A stretch of 64,000 nucleotides of DNA from Candidatus Moraniibacteriota bacterium (GCA_046116545.1 CP175956.1:1025734-1089733); one strand, 5' to 3'; counted from the first letter of the stretch, positions 1-10,123 are shown. Translations and numbers: made by a program. Notes: generated by a model not told the origin, from the sequence alone.

Positions 1-88
1 CAGCTTGTGTAATTGAAAAATTAAGAATTATTGCTAACGCAATTATTCCTAATATGTAAGTTAATTTGTTTTTGAAAGTTTTTTTCAT
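1..88 (-). CDS. Partial CDS (N-terminus only; gene continues off the left edge of the window). The predicted product begins MKKTFKNKLTYILGIIALAIILNFSITQA, a signal-peptide or membrane anchor
   Basis: Manual reverse-complement translation from the ATG at 88..86. It is co-directional with the downstream efflux operon and has a hydrophobic N-terminus. Confidence 0.3.
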   Translation of the reverse strand, partial: MKKTFKNKLTYILGIIALAIILNFSITQA

Positions 89-218
89 TTTTTGTGTTTA
101 TTGTATCCCCTGTTCTCTCGTATTTACTAAGTTTTTAGTGTTTTCTTTTATCCTCTTATGTAAAATAATTATATCATAAATCTAGGACTTTGTCCTAATT
201 TTTATATACATATTAAAC

Positions 219-1472
219 TCAAGAACTCAATGCCTCCATAGGACTTACCTCTGCTGCACGACGTGCTGGATATACCCCAAAAATAATACCTGCAACAACA
301 GAAAAAATAATTGATATGACAACAGCATTTAAAGGAATGAACAGATTTATACTTGTAAATCCTGCACGTTCAATAATTACAAAAAATAGAGAAATTATAG
401 CTGATGCAACAACAATACCTATCATAGCGCCTGCAATACTAATAATAACGGATTCTATAATAAATTGCTGTACTATGTCTTCACGTCTTGCACCTATTGC
501 TTTGCGCAAACCTATTTCAGGTGTACGTTCCTCCACAGACACAATCATAATGTTCATAATGCCCACACCGCCAACTAGCAGTGAGATTGAAGCTAATGAA
601 ATCAACAAAATATTTACACCAGCTATCACTGAACCAAGCATGTCCTGAGCCTCCTTCATTGTCATCACATTGAAATCATCATCTTTTGGGTCATCGATAT
701 CATGACGTGATCGCAAAACATATTCAATATCTTCGACTGTATTATCAATTTGTTCGACATCATCTACTTTCACCGTAATATATGATAAATAATCAATACC
801 CAAAATCTTTTTTTGCAAAGTTGTATACGGTAAATATACTAAATCATCAAAAGAAAATCCAAATGAAGTCCCCCGCTCATCCAAAATACCTACAACACGG
901 TACCTTCCACCATTCATAGAAATACGCTCACCCACTATATCTTTTTGCTCTCCAAATAATGACTCTGCAACAGCTGACCCTAGTACGATTACATTTGATG
1001 CTGATAACTCCTCATCTGTTGAAAAAAATCTTCCCTCACTTATGTCAACACCAGGGTCCACAATAGGAGCATCAGAACTTGACCCAAGCAGTATTACATA
1101 TGTGTTTTCACCATCAAACTTCGCTTGTGCCTGACCCATAATTCCTGCATTGTATGTCTGTACATTGTCTAATTTTTCAATTGACTCAGCATCTTCATCT
1201 GTAAGTGTTGTAATTTGAACACCCATTGCCATATCTGAAATATTTTCTACTGACACATGTTCTGTTTCTGGAATAGACACTTCTATTTGAATTGTATCTG
1301 ATCCAAAAGCATCAATTTCATCCATAATATACTCTTTGATATTTTCCCCCATCGTAATAACACTCATAATTGAAGCAACACTTATTATAATACCAAGCAA
1401 CGTCAAAATCGTTCGCCCTGTATGCGAAAATAGATTTTTGATTGATATGTTGATAAGTCTCCAAAATTTCAT
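219..1472 (-). CDS. ABC transporter permease, FtsX/MacB-like (N-terminal TM helix, large periplasmic domain, C-terminal 3-TM FtsX domain)
   Basis: 417-aa ORF. The C-terminal motif RTPEIGLRKAIGARREDIVQQFIIES is typical of FtsX/MacB permeases. It forms an operon with the ATPase and HlyD genes. Confidence 0.8.
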   Translation of the reverse strand: MKFWRLINISIKNLFSHTGRTILTLLGIIISVASIMSVITMGENIKEYIMDEIDAFGSDTIQIEVSIPETEHVSVENISDMAMGVQITTLTDEDAESIEKLDNVQTYNAGIMGQAQAKFDGENTYVILLGSSSDAPIVDPGVDISEGRFFSTDEELSASNVIVLGSAVAESLFGEQKDIVGERISMNGGRYRVVGILDERGTSFGFSFDDLVYLPYTTLQKKILGIDYLSYITVKVDDVEQIDNTVEDIEYVLRSRHDIDDPKDDDFNVMTMKEAQDMLGSVIAGVNILLISLASISLLVGGVGIMNIMIVSVEERTPEIGLRKAIGARREDIVQQFIIESVIISIAGAMIGIVVASAIISLFFVIIERAGFTSINLFIPLNAVVISIIFSVVAGIIFGVYPARRAAEVSPMEALSS

Positions 1473-1481
1473 AATACTATT

Positions 1482-2729
1482 TTATTCATAACGCAATGCT
1501 TCCATCGGAGAGATACGCGCAGCTCGCCTAGCTGGATAAATTCCAAAGAAAAAACCAATAACAATCGAAATAATTAGTGACACATATACCATCTGCATAG
1601 TTATGACGATACCCCACTCCAAATCATATTGAGCTGCAGCAACTCCAGCAACCCATACAACTAACAATCCTACTAAAAATCCAATAATCCCGCCTATGAA
1701 TGAAATAACCATTGACTCAAAAAGAAATTGCCACATAATATCTCGTCTTCTAGCGCCTACCGCTTTCCTAAGTCCGATTTCACGTACACGTTTTGAAAGT
1801 GCTATAAACATTATATTCATCACACCCACACCTCCTACAATAAGCGAAATAGATGCAACAGCTACTAAAAAATATTTCATAATATTCGTAATATTGTTTA
1901 TAGCGGATAATGCTGATGCAATATTACGCACAGAAAAATCATCACCGTCACCATCAGCGATATCATGCCTTGACCGCAAAATAGTACGTACATCTTCTTT
2001 TGTTTGCTCAACATTCACCTCATCATCTGTCTTTAAACGGATGAAATTAAGATAATCAATGCCTAACATATTTTTTTGTGCTGTTTGCAGTGGAATATAT
2101 ATAGCCTCATCATAATTAGATGCAAATGTTGCGCCACGCTCTTCCATTACACCAATCACACGAAATGATTGAGAACCAATTTTTACCTTTTTTCCAAGAG
2201 GCTCTTCACTATCAAAAATATCTTTTGCAATTTTTGACCCAAATACGACAACTCGTGCCAATGATTCATCCTCAGCACCCGTAAAAAATCTCCCATTTGC
2301 AACACTGTTACCTTCTACAATAATCATGTCTGCTGAAACACCTTGAAATGTTAACGACTTATCGTACGACTTATACTGCACAACATCATTACTGGATACA
2401 TACCCACTTACAGCAACTGCATGGGGAACATTTGTCTTTTTACGCAATGCCTCTAAATCACCGTTTTTCATCGTTGTCACTACAATACCAAATGTACTTG
2501 CTGGTGGCCCATCGTCATCTGCTGCTCCTGGCAAAATTGCAATCAAATCAGACCCCACATTACGAACCTGATCAAGAATCATATTTTGAGCACTCGTTCC
2601 CACACTCATCACAACCATTACTGCCGCAATACCAATGACAATACCAATAACTGTCAAAAATGTTCGCATTTTTGCTGCAAGAAAATTCTGCATCGTAATC
2701 CGCAATGATAACATTATTTGGTTTAACAT
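1482..2729 (-). CDS. Second, non-identical ABC transporter permease of the FtsX/MacB-like type (LolC/LolE-like pairing)
   Basis: 415-aa ORF with the REIGLRKAVGARRRDIMWQFLFES FtsX motif. It lies 9 nt downstream of its paralog. Confidence 0.8.
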   Translation of the reverse strand: MLNQIMLSLRITMQNFLAAKMRTFLTVIGIVIGIAAVMVVMSVGTSAQNMILDQVRNVGSDLIAILPGAADDDGPPASTFGIVVTTMKNGDLEALRKKTNVPHAVAVSGYVSSNDVVQYKSYDKSLTFQGVSADMIIVEGNSVANGRFFTGAEDESLARVVVFGSKIAKDIFDSEEPLGKKVKIGSQSFRVIGVMEERGATFASNYDEAIYIPLQTAQKNMLGIDYLNFIRLKTDDEVNVEQTKEDVRTILRSRHDIADGDGDDFSVRNIASALSAINNITNIMKYFLVAVASISLIVGGVGVMNIMFIALSKRVREIGLRKAVGARRRDIMWQFLFESMVISFIGGIIGFLVGLLVVWVAGVAAAQYDLEWGIVITMQMVYVSLIISIVIGFFFGIYPARRAARISPMEALRYE

Positions 2730-2789
2730 ACCTTTAAATACGAAAAAATATTTATATTTAAACTATCTGTAGAATTTTTTACAAATATT

Positions 2790-2882
2790 GTCATTTCGAC
2801 TGAAGCGATAGCGGAATGGAGAAATTTCTAATCTTACAGTTTTGAGATCTCTCGACTTCGTTATCACTTCGCTCGAGATGAC
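2790..2882 (-). repeat. Roughly 93-nt imperfect inverted repeat (hairpin) inside the efflux operon, between the ATPase stop and the permease start
   Basis: The left arm GTCATTTCGACTGAAGCGATAGCGGAATGGAG (2790..2821) pairs with the right arm CTCGACTTCGTTATCACTTCGCTCGAGATGAC (2851..2882) with a few mismatches. It sits in an unusually long 166-nt intra-operon gap. Confidence 0.4.
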
Positions 2883-2895
2883 AACTGAAAAAAAT

Positions 2896-3642
2896 TTACT
2901 TCAAGATATTTTCTGTTTTGGCTGAACGCTGATTTTTCACAGTCATATCATCTACAATTTTTCCATCAACAATTTGTAAAATGCGTCTAGCATGCTCTGC
3001 CGTCCTACTTTCATGTGTTACTAAAATGATTGTATGTCCTTGTTTATTTAAATCCTCCAAGATATGCATAACTTGCAACCCAGATTTTGAATCCAAATTT
3101 CCAGTTGGCTCATCTGCAAAAATAATTGTAGGATTGTTAATCAAAGCTCTTGCAATTGCAATGCGTTGTTTTTCTCCTCCAGAAAGTTGACTTGGCATAT
3201 GACTTACGCGATGCTCCATACTCACACTTTTAAGTGCATTCATAACGCGTTCTTTATTCGTTTTCTTTCTCTCTTCCTTTCGTTTAGATCTTCCATAAAA
3301 ATCATAAAGAAGTGGAAGTTCCACATTTTCAAAAACACTTACACGCTGCATGAGATTAAATGATTGAAAAATAAAACCAATCTCTTGATTACGAATATAC
3401 GCCAATTTTTCCTCATCAAATTCATGTGTATCTTTACCACGAAAAAAATATTCTCCACTTGTTTTTTGCTCCAAAAAACTCAACACATGCATCAAAGTTG
3501 ATTTTCCAGAACCAGATGGACCCATAATTGCAACAAATTCTCCAGCATTGATATCACATGACACACCACGAAGTGCGTGTGTTTTTGTTTCACCTGTATC
3601 AAAAACTTTTGTGATATCTTTACAAGAAATAATTTTTTCCAT
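2896..3642 (-). CDS. ABC transporter ATP-binding protein (MacB/LolD-type)
   Basis: Walker A motif GPSGSGKST, ABC signature LSGGEKQRIAIARAL and Walker B motif IIFADEPTGNLD are all present. Confidence 0.9.
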   Translation of the reverse strand: MEKIISCKDITKVFDTGETKTHALRGVSCDINAGEFVAIMGPSGSGKSTLMHVLSFLEQKTSGEYFFRGKDTHEFDEEKLAYIRNQEIGFIFQSFNLMQRVSVFENVELPLLYDFYGRSKRKEERKKTNKERVMNALKSVSMEHRVSHMPSQLSGGEKQRIAIARALINNPTIIFADEPTGNLDSKSGLQVMHILEDLNKQGHTIILVTHESRTAEHARRILQIVDGKIVDDMTVKNQRSAKTENILK

Positions 3643-3651
3643 AAACTCTAT

Positions 3652-4710
3652 CTATTTATCATCCAAATCTTCTTCATCAACAGCATATATAATTATGCCC
3701 TCGTTCAAACCACTACTAACCTCAACGTCACCATCATCACCTTCAACTCCAGTGACAATATATTGTTTGTTATACTGTTCATCTGTAGTTTTTATATACA
3801 CATATTCACCATCATCATCACTACGCACAAATCGCAATGGTACCGTCAAAACATTGTTTTTTTGATTTACAACAACATCCACATCAACACTCATTCCTGA
3901 TAAAATATTTTTATCTATATTTTCAGGTAGTGCAAAAGTTGTATTATAATATGTCACATCCTGTACTCTCACAGCCTCTGGATCAATTCTCAATATATCC
4001 ACATCAAACTGTTCATCATTATATGCATCAAATATTGCAAATGCTTTTTGATCTTTATTCATCTTTGCAGCATCCGTCTCAGACATCAATATTTCAATCT
4101 CCATATCATTCTCATCGATTACACGCATCACAATACCTTGAGCAACTTCCCCAACACGTACATTTTTTTGTGTTACAATCCCATCGATAGGAGATACAAC
4201 TTCTGTATTTTTAAAATGTGACTGCGCTCCATACAACCGTGTACGCGCTTGTTCCACATCTTTTCTGATACGTTCTTTTTCTTCTGGCTTATAATCATCC
4301 CAATGTCTGCGTGCAAGTTGTTCAGCTGCTTGAGCTTTTTCTACATCAATACGAGCTGATTGAATCTCTGCAATAATAGAATTACGATCAATAACAATAA
4401 GTACTTGGCCCTCCTCCACAGTATCACCAACATCCACACTAACCGATTTTACAAGTGCAGGCGAAACAAAAGATAAATTTGCATAATTCACCGGTGTAAC
4501 CTTACCACTAGCACTCACAGTTTCCATAACATCATCTATATTAACAACATATGAATCGATATCCGAATCATTGTTATTGCTAGCAAATCGTTGCCACACA
4601 AGCCATACAACAAAAAGCACAACTACTACAATACTAACTATTTTTATAATTTTTTTCATATACTCCGCAATTGATAAAAACTTTACTTCATACATTATAT
4701 CATACCACAT
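3652..4710 (-). CDS. HlyD-family periplasmic adaptor (membrane fusion protein) of the tripartite efflux system
   Basis: N-terminal TM anchor, a biotin-lipoyl-like segment (VSGKVTPVNYANLSFVSPALVKSVSVDVGDTVEEGQVL) and a coiled-coil region. Its start overlaps the ATPase gene by 9 nt. Confidence 0.8.
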   Translation of the reverse strand: MWYDIMYEVKFLSIAEYMKKIIKIVSIVVVVLFVVWLVWQRFASNNNDSDIDSYVVNIDDVMETVSASGKVTPVNYANLSFVSPALVKSVSVDVGDTVEEGQVLIVIDRNSIIAEIQSARIDVEKAQAAEQLARRHWDDYKPEEKERIRKDVEQARTRLYGAQSHFKNTEVVSPIDGIVTQKNVRVGEVAQGIVMRVIDENDMEIEILMSETDAAKMNKDQKAFAIFDAYNDEQFDVDILRIDPEAVRVQDVTYYNTTFALPENIDKNILSGMSVDVDVVVNQKNNVLTVPLRFVRSDDDGEYVYIKTTDEQYNKQYIVTGVEGDDGDVEVSSGLNEGIIIYAVDEEDLDDK

Positions 4711-4799
4711 CCATCATGAAAAAATAAAGTCATTTTGCATATTTAAAAAAGACCCTCACTAATGCAAAAGTCTTTTAAAAGTTTATTGTTCAATTTTGT

Positions 4800-6509
4800 C
4801 TACTGATAAAACCCACTAGCATCAGAAGTAGCCGTATAAGTTACAGACCCTGTATAAACTCCTGAAGGTTGTGATGGTGATACATCTACTTTGTAACACA
4901 CATCAGTTGTTGTTGAAGTTGAATTATATGCTGTGTATGCTGCTATTGCTTGAGCTGTTTGTGGTACACCTGCATATTCTGCATCATCATTTGTTGTTCC
5001 TTCTTCACACAGATCTCCTGAGGTTGTCCATATGTTATTGAAGGTGTTATGAGTTGTATCATTTTGTGGAAATTGTATTACTGAGAAACCTAAACCTTTT
5101 GTTGTTGGAGCGTTCCAAGATTCTGTTACTTTTGTTGTTTGATCAAATTGTGTTAGGTCTGGTATTTCATCTGTATTATTTGAATGTACTAGGGTTGTAT
5201 TTGAAGCTCCATTATCATTTATCATTGATAAATAATAACCTTGGGTATCATTTGTTGTTACTATACAAGTTGATTCTCCTACTGCTGGAGTTCCTGCTAT
5301 TACTATTCCTGGGTTTGCTACTGTTCCTAGTATTACATCATAATCTCCTGTTGATCCATCTTTATCATAACAATCCATTGATAGAGTTGCATTTACTTCT
5401 ACATTTAGGTTTAGGTCATCTAGTCCTGATATTGTTCCATCTCCGTTTACAATGTAAGTTGTTGCGTGGTCTGTTGTGAAAATACACAACCCGTTTGTTA
5501 TTGTACATGTTGGAGTTGTATGTTGTGTCCACTGTGTATCTCCATCATTTTGGTATAGGATATCCATTTCCATTCCATTGTAAGCTTCGCTTACAGTTAT
5601 TTCTACTGTTACTGGATTTGAGAAATCTAGAGATATTCCTGGTACACCTAGTTTTACTGCTCCTGCAGCATTTTCTTCTGATTCTTGTACTGTTGCTATT
5701 ACGTTCTCTGTTATGAAACTTTGGAAATCAAATAATTGATTTGTTGCTTCTGTTATTATTGTGTTTGTTGGAAATATTGCATCTGTGTTGTTTGATTGGA
5801 ATGTTACTTGTACTTGGGTTGTTGTTTGTGTTGTGTTATCTATTGTTCCATTATCTATTGTTATGTAGCCGTCATTTACTGCATCTTGCATTTGGGTATT
5901 ATCTGGGTCTAAAATTACAATATCTAATGAATCATCAAAAACTGATACAGTTCCAGCATCATCAACATCAAATCCATCAAATCCAATATAAGTGCCAAGA
6001 CGTAAGGTAGTCTTAATCTCAATTGTATGTTCTTGTGCTGGATTTAAATTCAAAATTTGATAAACAACCAACCCCATAGTTAAAGTTGAATTAGTTGGTA
6101 TAGTATAAGATCCATGCAAAAACCCATCTACATATACATCATAACTTCCGCCAACATTAGATACACTATCTCTTGAACAATAAATCCGCAATAAATCAGA
6201 ATTAGAAAGATTAAATTTGACAGAATCACCAACAACATTAGTGCGCCATAAATTTCCATTTATCCAATTATTAACAGATCCTGTAAAAAACCAGCTTCCC
6301 TCCATTGTAAAGGGATTTGATGGAGAGCCTATATCAAGTCTTTGAGTTCCCACTTCTGGCGTAAGCAACTGTTGTCCTACTGAGACAGAAGTAGTCCTTG
6401 ATTCTGCAATAAAACTATCTTCAGCTACTGCATATGTTGATTGCGCTAAACTAAATAGCGAAACAATTATTATAATGCTTTGTGTAACTTTTTTTATATG
6501 TAACGTCAT
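4800..6509 (-). CDS. Secreted surface protein, paralog 1. It has a signal peptide, a lectin/CBM-like N-terminal beta-sandwich, and the conserved ~285-aa C-terminal domain shared with 28516..31230 and 52305..55013
   Basis: 569-aa ORF. The N-terminus MTLHIKKVTQSIIIIVSLFSLAQSTYA looks like a Sec signal. The C-terminus from TYIVNGDGTISG to the end is nearly identical to the other two paralogs. Confidence 0.7.
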   Translation of the reverse strand: MTLHIKKVTQSIIIIVSLFSLAQSTYAVAEDSFIAESRTTSVSVGQQLLTPEVGTQRLDIGSPSNPFTMEGSWFFTGSVNNWINGNLWRTNVVGDSVKFNLSNSDLLRIYCSRDSVSNVGGSYDVYVDGFLHGSYTIPTNSTLTMGLVVYQILNLNPAQEHTIEIKTTLRLGTYIGFDGFDVDDAGTVSVFDDSLDIVILDPDNTQMQDAVNDGYITIDNGTIDNTTQTTTQVQVTFQSNNTDAIFPTNTIITEATNQLFDFQSFITENVIATVQESEENAAGAVKLGVPGISLDFSNPVTVEITVSEAYNGMEMDILYQNDGDTQWTQHTTPTCTITNGLCIFTTDHATTYIVNGDGTISGLDDLNLNVEVNATLSMDCYDKDGSTGDYDVILGTVANPGIVIAGTPAVGESTCIVTTNDTQGYYLSMINDNGASNTTLVHSNNTDEIPDLTQFDQTTKVTESWNAPTTKGLGFSVIQFPQNDTTHNTFNNIWTTSGDLCEEGTTNDDAEYAGVPQTAQAIAAYTAYNSTSTTTDVCYKVDVSPSQPSGVYTGSVTYTATSDASGFYQ

Positions 6510-6575
6510 ATTTTTATTTTTATTTTTGTCTTACAGATTTTATTATATCACACATGTCTTTTCCTACAAAAGATA

Positions 6576-7262
6576 TTATTGTGATGACTGCAATCTTCCA
6601 TCTTTCAGCCAAACAGCCCTATCAACATATTTTTTATCATCTGGCTCATGTGTCACCATTATAATTGTCTGACCGTATTTATCTACTAATTCACGCATAA
6701 TACCCAAAACAACCGCCGCAGCCTCAGAATCCAAATTTGCCGTTGGTTCATCTGCAAATAGAATATCTGGCTTATTTACAATTGCACGTGCAATTGACAC
6801 ACGTTGTTGTTCACCTCCTGATAATTCTGATGGGAGATTATTTTCACGACCATGTAATCCTACTCTTTTAATAATTTCAAGCACTTCACTATTATATTGA
6901 GACTTTTTCTTTCCCAATGCCATCATGGGTAGTGCAACATTTTCATATAAATTTAACTCTGGAATCAAAGCGTAATCTTGGAACACATACCCAAGCATCT
7001 TTAGCCGAAACTCTGCGCGTTCTTTCTCTGATAATTTAGCAACATCTATACCGTCAATTTCAATATAACCTGAAGTTGGTCTATCAAGTAATGCAATTTG
7101 ATGCAAAAATGTTGACTTTCCAGAACCACTACGACCCATCAGTGCTACAAATTCACTTTTTTTTAATTGTATATCAATACCTTTAAGAGCATATACTGGA
7201 CTTGGTGAATCAGCTTTATATGTTTTAACAAGTTGTTTTGTTTGTAGAATAATTTTTTGCAT
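6576..7262 (-). CDS. ABC transporter ATP-binding protein (MacB/LolD-type), second system
   Basis: Walker A GRSGSGKST, signature LSGGEQQRVSIARAI and Walker B ILFADEPTANLD are present. Confidence 0.9.
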   Translation of the reverse strand: MQKIILQTKQLVKTYKADSPSPVYALKGIDIQLKKSEFVALMGRSGSGKSTFLHQIALLDRPTSGYIEIDGIDVAKLSEKERAEFRLKMLGYVFQDYALIPELNLYENVALPMMALGKKKSQYNSEVLEIIKRVGLHGRENNLPSELSGGEQQRVSIARAIVNKPDILFADEPTANLDSEAAAVVLGIMRELVDKYGQTIIMVTHEPDDKKYVDRAVWLKDGRLQSSQ

Positions 7263-7271
7263 AATTTTTTA

Positions 7272-8492
7272 TTATCGCATCAATGTAAGAATTTTTTTAC
7301 GAACCTCTTTTACTGCTGGAATAAATGAGCCTATAAGACCTGCCACAATAAAAAGCATAATACTCATACGCAATGCTTCTCTTTTAATTACTGGCACCAT
7401 ATCACCCATAGGAAAATCAATGGGATGTGCTCTGAAAAATCCAATTACACCAAAATTCATTAATAAAAATCCAAATATTACACCAAGTATAGTATAAAAC
7501 ATCCCTCTAATAACATAAGAATACATTACTGCTTTTTCTGGAATGCCTATCGCTTTTAAAATACCAATTTGCTTTCTTCTATTTACAATATCTACAAAAA
7601 TGATGATAAATATTACAAGACCTGCAACAAGCGAACCAATAATCCGCAATATCGAACCAATCATATCAAAAGACTTGTTAATTGTGGCACCCATTGATAA
7701 TTTATCGTTATAATCTGATATCTCATAATCTCCCAAGTTTATTTTTGAAAAATCAGCCACCGCTTCTTGTGATAAATGCTTATCAGTAAGCCGCACAATA
7801 ATTTCACTCGATTCATTTGTCGTGCCAAGGACTGAATTTAAATCATCTTGCAAAACAATCATCTTTGAATCAGTGTCAAAATTCTTTGTCTTATAAATTC
7901 CTACAATTTCATATTCTCTACTAATATCATTATTATATTCTGCTGTGATGACGTCACCTGTTCGTACACCCTCTAGATCCTCTGGAAATACTGAACTTCC
8001 ATACCCACCAGCCATATCTGCACCAAGTAAAGCTTTTCCATAATCATTATTTTCCAAGAATCTACCTTCGATAATATGTGATTTTAAATCAATAGACTCA
8101 TTTTCAACTTCTGGATTTACACCAATAACACCTGCCTCAAACTGTGCCACGTCCCTACCATCATTATATTTATCATTTTTAAGTGTAGCTCCTGTACGCA
8201 AATGTGCTGTCACACTACTCACATAATAAAAATCCTGTATTTCATCTATAAAATCATTTGTATTTTTGATATATTTATCTCCTATCTGTGGCTCAATAAT
8301 CACTTCACCATATTGATAATTAATTTTACCATTATCCATCGTAGCAGTGATCCCTTTAAATACAGCATCTACAAAAAGTAAATTCAAAAAAACAACAAGC
8401 ATGATAAGAACCGTCAACATAAGAGATCCTTTATCCCCCCGTAAAATTGTTTTAATAGCCAAGAATAATGACAATTTTGCATTACTAAACAT
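7272..8492 (-). CDS. ABC transporter permease, FtsX/MacB-like, second system
   Basis: 406-aa ORF with an N-terminal TM helix, a periplasmic domain, and a C-terminal FtsX domain (RRKQIGILKAIGIPEKAVMYSYVIRG followed by TM helices). Confidence 0.8.
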   Translation of the reverse strand: MFSNAKLSLFLAIKTILRGDKGSLMLTVLIMLVVFLNLLFVDAVFKGITATMDNGKINYQYGEVIIEPQIGDKYIKNTNDFIDEIQDFYYVSSVTAHLRTGATLKNDKYNDGRDVAQFEAGVIGVNPEVENESIDLKSHIIEGRFLENNDYGKALLGADMAGGYGSSVFPEDLEGVRTGDVITAEYNNDISREYEIVGIYKTKNFDTDSKMIVLQDDLNSVLGTTNESSEIIVRLTDKHLSQEAVADFSKINLGDYEISDYNDKLSMGATINKSFDMIGSILRIIGSLVAGLVIFIIIFVDIVNRRKQIGILKAIGIPEKAVMYSYVIRGMFYTILGVIFGFLLMNFGVIGFFRAHPIDFPMGDMVPVIKREALRMSIMLFIVAGLIGSFIPAVKEVRKKILTLMR

Positions 8493-8515
8493 ACTGCTCG
8501 AATTTGTAAATGATA

Positions 8516-9511
8516 TTATTCCACATTTTCTAATTTTACCACCTTATCACCAACGCTCAATCCTGAAATTATTTCAATATTTTCATCTCCAATAATACCA
8601 GTTTCAAAATATTTTTTTACAAATGGATCTTTCTTATTATTTTCTGAATTCATCACATATACAAAATATCCTTCATCATCTTTTTGAGTAATATCTCTCA
8701 ATACGATTGTTACGTTATTTTTATGTTCAATAACAATATCCACTTCAGCATTCATTCCATCTAAAATAGCAATATTTTCTTTATTATCAATATCTATAAT
8801 CGTCTTATAATATGTGCTATTTTGATCAACTGTACTACCTGTATCCATCGATGCAAACGTACCTGCTATAGCGTTATTTGGATATGCATCAAAAACAATA
8901 TATGCTTTATCACCTTTAGAAACCTTTGCAACATCAACTTCTGGTAATAACCCTTCTACCCGTAATGATTCTAAATCAATGATTTTCATAATAATACCTG
9001 ACGCGACCTCTCCAACTCGTGCATTTTGTTCAATTATCACACCATCAATTGGCGATACAATCGTTGTTTTAGCTGCCTGTGCATATATCTCATTCAATGT
9101 TTGTCGTGATTGCTCTGTAGCTTTTTTAATGCTCTCGCGTTCTTCTGGCTTCAACACATCCCATTTACGTCTAGCTTGTTGCTCTGCCAACTCTGCACGT
9201 TCTACTGCAAGTTTTGCATTATTAATTTGTGCATAAATTGATTTTTTGTCCAAACGAAAAAGCTCTTGACCTTCTTCTACATAATCATTCACTGATACAT
9301 CTACAGAATTGATCAATGTCGGTAACTCTGTAGAAATATCCGCATATACTTCTGGTGTCATTTGAGCATTAATATCAATTGTCTTTTCTACATCACCACT
9401 AGCAATAATTACTTCAGTATAAGATTGTACAATATTACGTGACCGAAAAAAGAAAATACCGCCCACAACGAGAATCAAAACAACAATAACAGTAATAATT
9501 TTATTTTTCAT
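8516..9511 (-). CDS. HlyD-family periplasmic adaptor, second system
   Basis: N-terminal TM anchor, a lipoyl-like hairpin and a coiled-coil region. It is homologous to 3652..4710 (shared motifs such as ARRKWD..KPEE and VSPIDG). Confidence 0.8.
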   Translation of the reverse strand: MKNKIITVIVVLILVVGGIFFFRSRNIVQSYTEVIIASGDVEKTIDINAQMTPEVYADISTELPTLINSVDVSVNDYVEEGQELFRLDKKSIYAQINNAKLAVERAELAEQQARRKWDVLKPEERESIKKATEQSRQTLNEIYAQAAKTTIVSPIDGVIIEQNARVGEVASGIIMKIIDLESLRVEGLLPEVDVAKVSKGDKAYIVFDAYPNNAIAGTFASMDTGSTVDQNSTYYKTIIDIDNKENIAILDGMNAEVDIVIEHKNNVTIVLRDITQKDDEGYFVYVMNSENNKKDPFVKKYFETGIIGDENIEIISGLSVGDKVVKLENVE

Positions 9512-9651
9512 ATTTTTTTTAAATTGAATTAATCAACTATTATAAGTATAACATTAGACATTTCATAAAAAAACCCCTACCATGTAATATATATAATTCA
9601 TTAAGCATCTTTATTATTCATTATCTTAATGATAAAGTAATTATCAATATT

Positions 9652-10113
9652 ATGCAAATATCTTCTGACAATAATACTGCTGCACTAGTGCAAAAAGAAA
9701 GTCGTGTCGCAACACTCTTCATATATACAATTGCCGAAAGAATGGGCTTACAGCTCACAGATATTCGATGTTTAGATCATCTAATGGAAAATCAATCAGC
9801 AACAGCTGGCGATATTGCCCGAGTTACTGGACTCACTACAGGAGCGGTTACAGCAATGATTGACCGTTTGGAAAAAATAAATTTGGTAAGGCGTACAGCA
9901 GACGAAAAAGATAGACGAAAAACTATTATCATTCTATACAATAAGAATTTTCATAAATCAAATATTATAACTAATTTTTTTACAAAAAATGTAACAGAAT
10001 TGCTGAATATGTATTCTACAGAAGAACAAGAATTAATTGCCGATTGGAATAAAAAAATGACAATACTTTTTCAAGATGAAATTAAACAACTAAACTCTGT
10101 CAAATCAAAATAA
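9652..10113 (+). CDS. MarR-family transcriptional regulator, transcribed divergently from efflux operon 2
   Basis: Winged-HTH segment LTDIRCLDHLMENQSATAGDIARVTGLTTGAVTAMIDRLEKINLVRRTADEKDRRK, which is typical of MarR regulators. Confidence 0.75.
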   Translation: MQISSDNNTAALVQKESRVATLFIYTIAERMGLQLTDIRCLDHLMENQSATAGDIARVTGLTTGAVTAMIDRLEKINLVRRTADEKDRRKTIIILYNKNFHKSNIITNFFTKNVTELLNMYSTEEQELIADWNKKMTILFQDEIKQLNSVKSK

Positions 10114-10123
10114 TTATCTATTA

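Noticed and set aside
316-2638. Several 60–120-aa ORFs antisense to the FtsX permease genes (316..648, 1696..2055, 2348..2638)
   Set aside because: They are fully contained within confidently assigned genes on the opposite strand, which is typical AT-rich antisense noise
5054-5479. Leu-rich 141-aa ORFs on the + strand (also 28770..29195 and 52559..52984, and 5495..6010, 29196..29885)
   Set aside because: They are antisense to the Thr/Asn/Asp-rich surface genes, with a low-complexity poly-Leu composition that arises from reading T/N/D codons backwards. They have no ribosome-binding site. They are useful only as evidence of nucleotide identity between the paralogs
4800-6509. Type I secretion substrate exported by the flanking HlyD–ABC pumps
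   Set aside because: All three paralogs have classical N-terminal Sec signal peptides and conserved cysteines, and they lack a C-terminal Gly/Asp-rich RTX-like signal. The pumps are MacB/FtsX-type rather than T1SS ABC-C39 type
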